A DNA stretch of 33,512 nt from Candidatus Enterousia avistercoris (GTDB lineage Bacteria; Pseudomonadota; Alphaproteobacteria; Rs-D84), in contig JADINC010000044.1 of assembly GCA_017694255.1 (NCBI GenBank), forward strand, positions 1 to 33,512, given 5' to 3'. The notes beneath the pieces are model-generated. The model had not been told where the DNA came from and ran no database searches. It saw only the letters and a program-made list of their open reading frames with translations. Below are positions 1-8,130 of the stretch, piece by piece. Position numbers and translations under genes: made by a program. Numbering within the stretch: the first letter of the stretch is position 1; every line of letters starts with the position of its first letter.

Positions 1-747
1 GTTCTGGGGTCTGGCGCATTCATTCCTGGATTCGAAGATCAGGTAATCGGTCATAAATCAGGCGATGAATTTGATGTAAATGTAAAATTTCCCAAAGAAT
101 ATCATGCCGCAAATCTGGCGGGCAAAGACGCACGCTTTGCGGTCAAGGTACACGAAGTTCGCAAACACATATTGCCAGAATTAAACGACGAACTGGCGAA
201 ATCTGTGGGCCATGAATCCGTAGAAAAACTGCGCGAACATATTCGTACAATATTAAACGACCAATATGCCGAAGCCGCCAAACGCGACATGCGCAATGAA
301 CTGCTGGACATATTGGCCGACAAAGTGAAACTGGATTTGCCAGAAACCTTGGTTGACCAAGAATACAACATGGCAAAACAAGAACACGACCACACGCATG
401 CACATTGTGATGACGACTGTGGCGAAGAACATAAATGGGACGAAAAGAAAGAACGCCGTGACGCCGAACGTCGCGTTAAACTGGGCCTGATATTGGCGGA
501 ATGGGGCACCCAGAATAAAGTAGAGGTTTCACGCGACGACCTGCAACAGGCTGTTTGGGCCGAAGCAGCGCGTTATCCAGATCCTAAACAAGTATTTGAA
601 TTCTATAACAAAAATCAAAATGCGTTGGCAATGCTGCGCGGAATGATTTTTGAACGCAAGGCACTGGATGCAATGCTGACGCACGTCAAAACAAAAGAAA
701 AGGCCGTAAAACCCGAAGAATTGTTCCAACAGGCATCGGCAAAATAA
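1..747 (+). CDS. tig: Trigger factor, 5'-truncated by the window edge
   Basis: Frame 1 is open from base 1: VLGSGAFIPGFEDQ (FKBP domain), FPKEYHAANLAGKDARF, LPELNDELAK, AERRVKLGLIL; stop at 745-747. Confidence 0.96.
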   Translation, partial: VLGSGAFIPGFEDQVIGHKSGDEFDVNVKFPKEYHAANLAGKDARFAVKVHEVRKHILPELNDELAKSVGHESVEKLREHIRTILNDQYAEAAKRDMRNELLDILADKVKLDLPETLVDQEYNMAKQEHDHTHAHCDDDCGEEHKWDEKKERRDAERRVKLGLILAEWGTQNKVEVSRDDLQQAVWAEAARYPDPKQVFEFYNKNQNALAMLRGMIFERKALDAMLTHVKTKEKAVKPEELFQQASAK

Positions 748-753
748 AACAAC

Positions 754-786
754 AAAATACGCGCAATACAAATGCGCGTATTTTTT
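754..786 (+). terminator. Intrinsic terminator after tig
   Basis: AAAATACGCGCA-loop-TGCGCGTATTTTTT hairpin with U tract. Confidence 0.75.
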
Positions 787-802
787 AACACCGGGTGATA
801 TT

Positions 803-1759
803 ATGAAAGCGTATTTGGATATTCTGGAAAACATAATGACAAATGGGCACGACGTGCGCATGAATCGTACCGGCATCCCGGATATCGGACTGTCGGCCGG
901 CGCAGTATTTGAACATGACATGTCAACAGGCTTTCCATTAATAACAACAAAAAAAATGGGGTTAAAAAATATCGCCACAGAACTGGAATTTTTTCTGCGT
1001 GGAATAACTGATAAAAAATGGCTGCAAGACAGAAATTGCCACATCTGGGACGAATGGGCAAACCCGATAAAGGTTGAACAAGAATATAACATTGCCACCA
1101 ATAAATTACCAAAATTAACAGATACAGAAAAAACGCAAATCCGCAATTCTATTATGGACAAGGAACGCGATTTGGGTCCAATTTATGGTTTCCAATGGCG
1201 TCATTTTGGTGGCGAATACCAGTGGAATCAAAAACGTATTGACGCAAAACCGACTGATAATTTCAACCCACAAACCCCAGGCATAGACCAGGTACAAAAC
1301 GCCATCGACAAATTAAAAAACAATCCGAACGACCGCCGCATACTGGTCAGTGCATGGAACCCCGTCGCCATTCCACAAATGGCGTTGCCACCATGCCATG
1401 TAATGCACCAGTTGGTTGTGCGCGATAGCAAATTGTCTTTAATCTGGACCCAGCGTTCATGCGACATGTTCTTGGGCGTGCCGTATAATATCGCCAGTTA
1501 TGCATTATTACTGTTATTATATGCCAAAGAAGCTGGGATGGAACCAGGAACATTAAAAGGTGAACTGCACGATGCGCACATATACCAAAATCACATTCCC
1601 CAGGTACGCGAACAATTATCGCGCGAACCGTACCCATTGCCAACGGTGGAAATTCCAAATGAAAACTGGCGCGGTATGCTGAATTGGTCGGCCCAAGATG
1701 GATTTATCTTGAAAAACTATGTGTACCACGCCAAATTACGTGGTGATGTTGCACGCTAA
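803..1759 (+). CDS. thyA: Thymidylate synthase ThyA
   Basis: GFPLITTKK, IWDEWA, DLGPIYGFQWR, catalytic ALPPCH, QRSCDMFLGVPYNIASY, DAHIYQNH. Confidence 0.97.
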   Translation: MKAYLDILENIMTNGHDVRMNRTGIPDIGLSAGAVFEHDMSTGFPLITTKKMGLKNIATELEFFLRGITDKKWLQDRNCHIWDEWANPIKVEQEYNIATNKLPKLTDTEKTQIRNSIMDKERDLGPIYGFQWRHFGGEYQWNQKRIDAKPTDNFNPQTPGIDQVQNAIDKLKNNPNDRRILVSAWNPVAIPQMALPPCHVMHQLVVRDSKLSLIWTQRSCDMFLGVPYNIASYALLLLLYAKEAGMEPGTLKGELHDAHIYQNHIPQVREQLSREPYPLPTVEIPNENWRGMLNWSAQDGFILKNYVYHAKLRGDVAR

Positions 1760-1859
1760 AAATACCATAATAAAAGCGCCCACCAAGCGGACGTTTATTT
1801 AATTGACATATGTTCCAATAGTGTTAACATTCACCATGTGTTATCCAAAGGGATTTTAA

Positions 1860-2348
1860 ATGGAACAAAATTTACTGCCTATTTATAAATTACGCATGAT
1901 GTTTTTAGAAAAAATTAATCCAACTTTTTTCATAAAAAATGCCGATTTGATACGTCGCACATCTCTGGCGGCCCAAGATTATTTATTATCTGGCGCATAC
2001 GGCGAATATAAATTCATGATGGGGCGCCATTTCAGAAATTTACCTGGCTATATTGCTGTACATAAAAAATATAATTTACCATATAATCCATATGCAATGA
2101 CACCAGAAAACACTACATTAAACCCTGGTCTGGTCATGGATTTAGCAAATTCGTTAAATACAGATATAATAAACCTGGTGGTGAACAGCAAAGGTGAAAT
2201 TACCGATATGCGCAACCTGCCCAAATCCGAAGTCTTGCGTGTATATCATAATTCCCAAAACAACGGCACCCCAATAAATGTATTGCAATACGTGCCAATG
2301 TTTCAAATTGAACGTATGATATTTGCATCACACCAGACAACACGCTAG
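1860..2348 (+). CDS. Hypothetical protein, 162 aa
   Basis: Clean ATG ORF fills the intergenic gap; TTGACA at ~1803 upstream; no recognisable motif. Confidence 0.7.
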   Translation: MEQNLLPIYKLRMMFLEKINPTFFIKNADLIRRTSLAAQDYLLSGAYGEYKFMMGRHFRNLPGYIAVHKKYNLPYNPYAMTPENTTLNPGLVMDLANSLNTDIINLVVNSKGEITDMRNLPKSEVLRVYHNSQNNGTPINVLQYVPMFQIERMIFASHQTTR

Positions 2349-2381
2349 GGATAGAATCAAAACGATAAAGCAGGGGGGACC

Positions 2382-2837
2382 ATGAAAAAAATTGCATCTG
2401 TATTTTGTGCGCTGATATTATCGGCCTGTGGCGCGAATTTAAATGTCGACCGATATGAAACGTCAGGTGCCGGTACGGTAAACACTGTATCCGAAGGCGT
2501 AATAATAAACGTTCGCCCCGTTACAATCGCAACCGAAAATGGCGAAGTAGGCCAACTGGCAGGCGGTGTCATCGGCGGCGTTGCCGGCAGCATGATCAGC
2601 GACAATACATTAATGCAAACAATCGGTGCAGTTGGCGGCGCGGTTCTGGGTGGCTATGCCGGTGGCAAGGCCCAAGAAGGTCTGTCGTCCCAGCGTGGCA
2701 TGGAATACATTGTAAAACTGGATTCTGGAAAATCTATCACATTAACCCAGGGTGACGATGTTGTATTTTCGGTGGGCCAGTCCGTATATGTTCTGGATGC
2801 AGACAGTGGTGAACGCGCCCGCATAATTGCTAAATAA
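2382..2837 (+). CDS. Outer-membrane lipoprotein with glycine-zipper 2TM domain (SlyB/Pcp/17 kDa antigen-like)
   Basis: Lipobox LSAC, two GxxxG zipper helices, C-terminal MEYIVKLDSG..ITLTQG...FSVGQ.V; G-rich RBS. Confidence 0.88.
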   Translation: MKKIASVFCALILSACGANLNVDRYETSGAGTVNTVSEGVIINVRPVTIATENGEVGQLAGGVIGGVAGSMISDNTLMQTIGAVGGAVLGGYAGGKAQEGLSSQRGMEYIVKLDSGKSITLTQGDDVVFSVGQSVYVLDADSGERARIIAK

Positions 2838-2863
2838 AAAATCGCCCGAATGGGCGTTTTTTT
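2836..2863. terminator. Bidirectional terminator between convergent genes
   Basis: AAAAAATCGCCCGAATGGGCGTTTTTTT. Confidence 0.7.
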
Positions 2864-2871
2864 TATTTTAT

Positions 2872-3270
2872 TTAACGCGTTTTTTGTTGCTGCTTTCTAA
2901 TAATTTCTTCTTGTTCTTTATCTTTTGCGACCCAATTACCGACCTTTGCGCCAAACAATGCACTTATCCCCGCAAACGCGCCAATTATTCCATACATTCC
3001 ATATGGTGTCATGGCATATTTTTCAGCTGTTCCACCGTTTACATAATAATATTTATGTGATTCTGGTGCATTAAAATTATACGCCGTTTCAAAACGATGT
3101 TTTAACGAATAATCACTGATATTCCTATTAATAACATATCCAGTGCCATGCGCCACCAGCCCCATTGCCGCCAACATTGCCGCCGTCAAGACACCGGAAC
3201 ACACACCACTGAATATACCCATACCCGCAGAATATGCCACGCGTTTTAATTTGTTGTTTGTCGAAACCAT
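2872..3270 (-). CDS. Hypothetical membrane protein with two Gly/Ala-rich hydrophobic segments, ~132 aa
   Basis: Start reassigned to MVSTNNK (3270) because AAGGA lies just upstream. Confidence 0.7.
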   Translation of the reverse strand: MVSTNNKLKRVAYSAGMGIFSGVCSGVLTAAMLAAMGLVAHGTGYVINRNISDYSLKHRFETAYNFNAPESHKYYYVNGGTAEKYAMTPYGMYGIIGAFAGISALFGAKVGNWVAKDKEQEEIIRKQQQKTR

Positions 3271-3486
3271 ATGTTTTATATCCTTTTTTATATCATATAT
3301 ATATATATCCAATTTAAAAAATTTGTCAAACTATTTTATGCGCACTTAAAAATTCTTGATTTTTCAAAGATTTCTGTATATAATCACGACGATTTTGCGG
3401 GTGGGCGCATAATCAATCCGATTAACCCCACAAGTCCTCGCACTATATAACATAATTGCGACGGCCAACTTTGTTTAAATTTCTAT

Positions 3487-5175
3487 ATGAAAGATTTATC
3501 CAAAGACTTATATAATCCCGTATCCGGCGAAGATTTCGTCCAGATGTTTAACAAAGATTATGGAACCCAAGAAACATTGCAAGGATACGCCACCAAGGGC
3601 ACAGTCAAAGATATTCGCGGTGATTTCGCGTTGGTTGATGTGGGCCTGAAATCCGAAGGACGCGTTCCATTAAAAGAATTTGGCGCATCCGTACCATCTG
3701 TGGGCGATATTATCGACGTTTTTGTCGAACGCTATGAATCCCGCGAAGGTACCGCCGTTCTGTCTTATACCAAGGCACGCGCTGAAAAGGCATGGAAAGA
3801 ACTGGAAAAAACCGTTGCCGAAGGCATTGACCCCGAAGGAACAATCATCGACGTTGTTCGTGGCGGATACACTGTTGACATCAACGGCGTTTTTGCGTTT
3901 ATGCCATCATCCCAGGTGGACTATAAACCTGTCCGTGATCCAAAATCATTAATTGGATTAAAAGACAAATTCCGTATTTTAAAAATGGACGCATTACGTA
4001 CAAACGCGATTGTATCGCGTCGCGCAATCCAGGCTGACTCTATCGCTGCGGCACAACGCGAAGCGATGAAGAACATCGCATTGGGCGCAGTTATCGAAGG
4101 TACGGTGAAAAACATCACCGATTACGGTGTGTTCGTTGATTTGGGCGGAATCGACGGTTTATTGCACGTAACAGACCTGTCATGGAAACGTGTAAACCAC
4201 CCACGCGAACTGGTTCATGTTGGCCAAAAAATCCAGGTAAAGGTTATCCAATTCGACCCAGAAACACATCGTATTTCATTGGGCGCGAAACAACTGGAAG
4301 AAGACCCATGGGAAAACGCATCACGCGCATTCAATGTTGGCGACACAGTATCTGGCAAGGTTTCATCTTTGACAGATTACGGCGCATTCATTGACCTGGG
4401 CAATAATATCGAAGGCCTGGTTCACATGTCCGAACTATCATGGACAAACAAAAACATCCACCCCAGCAAAGTTTTACAGGTTGGCCAGGATGTAAACGTT
4501 GTCGTTTTGGGCATTGACCAAGACAAACGTCGTATTTCATTGGGGTACAAGCAATTGCAACCAAATCCATGGAAACAATTCGCAGAAACACACAATGTCG
4601 GCGATGTTATTACTGGTCCAATCAAGAACACAACCGAATTCGGTCTGTTCGTTGCATTGACACCAGAACTGGACGGAATGGTTCACATTTCCGACCTGTC
4701 TTGGAATAAACTGGACGAAGAAGAATTAAAGAAATTCGTCCGTGGCCAAGAAGTAACTGCAAAAATTTTGGACATCAATCCAGAAAAAGAACGCATTACA
4801 CTGGGCATCAAACAGTTAACCGAAGGCGCCGACAGCCACAGCGCATCGCTGAAAAAGGGCGCGGTTGTTTCCGGCACTGTATCCGAAATAACCCCAGACG
4901 AATTGACTTTGGCATTACCAAACGATATTCGTGGCGTTATCCGTCGCACAGACCTGTCGCGCGAAAAGTCTGAACAAGACACCAGCAAATTCAAGGTCGG
5001 CGACACAGTCGAAGCATCTGTTGTATCCGTTGACAACAATGTTGTAAAACTGTCTATCCGCGCGTTGCAAGTAACGCTGGAAAAACAGGCGGTCAAAGAA
5101 TATGCCAACCAGGCCGACAGTGGTTCTGTACTGGGCGATATTCTGGGTGCTGCGATTGAAAACAGCAAAAAATAA
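3487..5175 (+). CDS. rpsA: 30S ribosomal protein S1
   Basis: Six S1 repeats (GTVKNITDYGVFVDLGGIDGLLHVTDLSW, EGLVHMSELSW, DGMVHISDLSW), 562 aa. Confidence 0.98.
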   Translation: MKDLSKDLYNPVSGEDFVQMFNKDYGTQETLQGYATKGTVKDIRGDFALVDVGLKSEGRVPLKEFGASVPSVGDIIDVFVERYESREGTAVLSYTKARAEKAWKELEKTVAEGIDPEGTIIDVVRGGYTVDINGVFAFMPSSQVDYKPVRDPKSLIGLKDKFRILKMDALRTNAIVSRRAIQADSIAAAQREAMKNIALGAVIEGTVKNITDYGVFVDLGGIDGLLHVTDLSWKRVNHPRELVHVGQKIQVKVIQFDPETHRISLGAKQLEEDPWENASRAFNVGDTVSGKVSSLTDYGAFIDLGNNIEGLVHMSELSWTNKNIHPSKVLQVGQDVNVVVLGIDQDKRRISLGYKQLQPNPWKQFAETHNVGDVITGPIKNTTEFGLFVALTPELDGMVHISDLSWNKLDEEELKKFVRGQEVTAKILDINPEKERITLGIKQLTEGADSHSASLKKGAVVSGTVSEITPDELTLALPNDIRGVIRRTDLSREKSEQDTSKFKVGDTVEASVVSVDNNVVKLSIRALQVTLEKQAVKEYANQADSGSVLGDILGAAIENSKK

Positions 5176-5199
5176 GATAAATCCATTTTATCTTTATAT

Positions 5200-5231
5200 A
5201 CAGAACCCGCACTTGCCGGGTTCTGTTTTTT
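5200..5231 (+). terminator. Intrinsic terminator after rpsA, overlapping the adk promoter
   Basis: ACAGAACCCG-loop-CGGGTTCTGT followed by a T run. Confidence 0.75.
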
Positions 5232-5248
5232 ATGTTAAAATGAAACAC

Positions 5249-5803
5249 ATGAAACAGATGATTCTTTTAATGGGCGGCCAGGGCGTAGGCAAGGGCACTT
5301 TTGCCCGCATGTTGAACAACCACAACAAATACAAAATCATTGAAACGGGAAAAATGTTGCGCGACGCCGCGACAACAGATAAAACCATCGCCGACATTAT
5401 GGCCCGTGGCGAATTGTTGCCATTTGAAACCCTGGTCCATTTAATCGAAAAAAACATCGACACTGACCATGATTTATTACTGGATGGTTTCCCACGCACA
5501 ATGGACCAGGCAAAATGGCTGGTTGATAATTACGCCGATAAATTTAATATCCATGTACTGTATTTAAATGTCCCCGAATCCGTTATGATTGCCCGCATTC
5601 AAAAACGCATCCGCGAAGGTGGCGGTCGCGCCGATGATGCCGATACATCTGCGGTCCGCAAACGCCTGGACACATTTTGGCATACGACAATGCCGGCAAT
5701 AGAATGGCTGGCCACGGTACCAAACATTAAATTTTCAGACATTGATGTAACGGGGGACGTGGACAAAAATTTTCAAAATATATTACAGGCACTAAAACAA
5801 TAA
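5249..5803 (+). CDS. adk: Adenylate kinase, short-LID type
   Basis: P-loop GGQGVGKGT, LLDGFPRT, GRADD; start reassigned to MKQMILL. Confidence 0.9.
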   Translation: MKQMILLMGGQGVGKGTFARMLNNHNKYKIIETGKMLRDAATTDKTIADIMARGELLPFETLVHLIEKNIDTDHDLLLDGFPRTMDQAKWLVDNYADKFNIHVLYLNVPESVMIARIQKRIREGGGRADDADTSAVRKRLDTFWHTTMPAIEWLATVPNIKFSDIDVTGDVDKNFQNILQALKQ

Positions 5804-5825
5804 AAAACGCTCACACACGGCGTTT

Positions 5826-6710
5826 TTATTGCACACGGCGTCGCACCAAACTGAACATTGCAAATCCCAACAGCAACACCATTATCAAAACTAAAATCGT
5901 TGTCGCAGTTTGTTCATTATCTGCAAACGGCAATTTCATATTCATTCCATAATACCCAACTATAACCGTGGGTACGACCAAAATAATATTCCACATAGTC
6001 AAACGATTAATGTACGTATTAGAATCCATATTGATCACGCTTTCAAACGTTTCTTTGACAGATTTTAACATCTTGCTATACGATGTTACGACCTCTATCC
6101 CCTGGGACAATTCAATACGCGCATCTTCGGTTAATTCCTTGGCTTCTTCGGTTTTCACAAATCCGCGCACTTTTTCCAATTTGTCCAACACGGCCACATT
6201 GCCCTTTAATCCCGCCATATACAGTGTATAGCTGTTTTCAACCTCTAACAGTGCCATCAGTTCACGTTTACGCACACGTTCTTGTAATAACTTCTTAGAC
6301 GCCATAACACGCTTGTTCAATTCTTTCAGCGACCGTAAATATGACTCCGCAATATAGTAAATTATATTTAGCACAAATTCTTCGCGTGATGTTTTTTCGT
6401 CTGTCTTTATTTTATCCAACAAATCACACCGTTTTCGACACACCGTAATAACACGATTCGAAGAATATATTATTGATAACGGTTCTGTATGCCATAGCGT
6501 ATCTGTTTCGCGGTTTATTATTGGAAAGCGGACAATAATAACCTTGTAATCATCTTCGACTTCGAATCGTGGTTGTTCATCAGGGTCCAAAATATCCGAA
6601 ATAGTATCTTCATCAATTTTGTATTCCGTCTGCAAGCGTTCAAAATCATCATGATCCGGATTGCCAACATTAATCCATGAAAAAGATTTTAATTTTTCTG
6701 TTATAAACAT
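5826..6710 (-). CDS. corA: CorA-family Mg2+/Co2+ transporter
   Basis: DILDPDEQPRFE, C-terminal YYGMN signature and two TM helices; start taken at MFITEK. Confidence 0.92.
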   Translation of the reverse strand: MFITEKLKSFSWINVGNPDHDDFERLQTEYKIDEDTISDILDPDEQPRFEVEDDYKVIIVRFPIINRETDTLWHTEPLSIIYSSNRVITVCRKRCDLLDKIKTDEKTSREEFVLNIIYYIAESYLRSLKELNKRVMASKKLLQERVRKRELMALLEVENSYTLYMAGLKGNVAVLDKLEKVRGFVKTEEAKELTEDARIELSQGIEVVTSYSKMLKSVKETFESVINMDSNTYINRLTMWNIILVVPTVIVGYYGMNMKLPFADNEQTATTILVLIMVLLLGFAMFSLVRRRVQ

Positions 6711-6846
6711 GCCGCACCCCACAAATACACGAATAAATTCTATTACATTTATTAATAAAAATCAAACCCACCCCAGGAATAAATTTTTATACAGAATTAA
6801 CAAGAAAAATGTTAAACTGCCCAATATAAAACCCCAGGGATAAAAC

Positions 6847-7278
6847 ATGCCAATGATACAAACAACATCTTTTAAAATCGCACAATATATATTAATGTTT
6901 TTGGTCGCCGCACTTTGCGTTGGAATTATTGTATGGGTAATCAGTGCACAAAACACGCAAAATACATTAAATGCGACATCAGACAACGTAATTCGCGTAA
7001 ATAACAATACCAGTCCATGCATCCAAAATGTAAATAATAAAATCGCCCAAATGTGGGCATATAATTCAGACGCGATCCCTGAAAAATACCTGGCCATCGC
7101 CAACGAATACCCAAACGAAAAAATTACAACAAAAATAGACGGCACATGCAATAACACAAAATTTACATGTCGCCCAGGTCAAATGCGTCGCGATTGCGAT
7201 CCATGCGCGGCGGGCACCGCACGACAAATCGCAATGGACCAGCACATTACCGACACCATTGCCCAAGAATGCAAATAA
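6847..7278 (+). CDS. Hypothetical membrane-anchored Cys-rich protein, 143 aa
   Basis: N-terminal TM segment, then six Cys including CRPG..RRDCDPC. Confidence 0.75.
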   Translation: MPMIQTTSFKIAQYILMFLVAALCVGIIVWVISAQNTQNTLNATSDNVIRVNNNTSPCIQNVNNKIAQMWAYNSDAIPEKYLAIANEYPNEKITTKIDGTCNNTKFTCRPGQMRRDCDPCAAGTARQIAMDQHITDTIAQECK

Positions 7279-7311
7279 AAAAAGTGGCGCCCATCCGGGC
7301 GCCTATTTTTT
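7277..7311. terminator. Bidirectional terminator
   Basis: A run-GGCGCCC ATCC GGGCGCC-T run between convergent genes. Confidence 0.7.
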
Positions 7312-7687
7312 ATATTTTCTCTATAACCACTATGGCGGCAGAACTATTATCCTGGTCCGTTATAGACAAATGCACCATTGCATCACCGCCGGTTTTTTCT
7401 TTTAACGCGGCCTTGGCCCCGCCTGCCAACAGTAATTCCGGACGTCCCGCATCATCATGAACAACCGACACATCAGAAAACGCAATATCATCGCCAAAAC
7501 CAGTACCCAACGCCTTCAAACATGCTTCGCGCGCGGCCCAGAAATTTGCCAAATGCTTTTCTGCATTTGCATTATCTGCATCAGCATATTCCAATTCTTT
7601 TTTTGTAAATATACGTTGTTTTTTGAATGCAGACCAATCCAGAAACCGATCGCATTCGACCAAATCAATTCCTATGCCTACTATCAC
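7310..7687 (-). CDS. acpS: Holo-[acyl-carrier-protein] synthase
   Basis: IVGIGIDLVE, IFTKKE, FWAAREACLKALGTG, GRP, VHLSITD; GTG start at 7687 after GGGAG. Confidence 0.93.
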   Translation of the reverse strand: MIVGIGIDLVECDRFLDWSAFKKQRIFTKKELEYADADNANAEKHLANFWAAREACLKALGTGFGDDIAFSDVSVVHDDAGRPELLLAGGAKAALKEKTGGDAMVHLSITDQDNSSAAIVVIEKI

Positions 7688-7805
7688 GGACGACTCCCTA
7701 TTTATATTTAGATATGGGCATACTAATAACTTTTTTCCGATTCGTGCAAGCATAAAATATATCCCTTGCATTTCGTTTTTCAGAATTGTATAAATATACG
7801 CATGT

Positions 7806-7882
7806 CGGGGCGTAGCTCAGCCTGGTAGAGTACTTGCATGGGGTGCAAGGGGTCGCAGGTTCGATTCCTGTCGCCCCGACCA
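7806..7882 (+). tRNA. tRNA-Pro (GGG)
   Basis: 77 nt cloverleaf CGGGGCG...CGCCCCG ACCA; anticodon arm CTTGC-ATGGGGT-GCAAG. Confidence 0.97.
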
Positions 7883-8098
7883 TAAATAAAAAATAAACCG
7901 CCATCGTGCGGTTTGTTTTTTATTTACAGTGGGTATAACAGAAGCGACCTTGCATACGCAGTATGCCCAGGTTCGACAACGAGTAGATTTGACCAAGCGA
8001 TGATACTTCATCGCGCAGTCAAATCGTTACGAGTGCCCCACAGCCGGCACCCCTGTGCCGCGCGAGGGATTCCCTGTCGCCCCGACCATAAATAAAAA
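7867..8098 (+). repeat. 26 bp direct repeat of the tRNA-Pro 3' end and trailer, flanking a structured element
   Basis: CCTGTCGCCCCGACCATAAATAAAAA at 7867-7892 and 8073-8098. Confidence 0.9.
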
Positions 8099-8130
8099 CC
8101 GTCCATTTGGGCGGTCTTTATTTTTTTCTC

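Noticed and set aside
7867..8098. Prophage or genomic island at tRNA-Pro
   Set aside because: Only ~180 bp lie between the repeats and there is no integrase; kept only as a small-element finding
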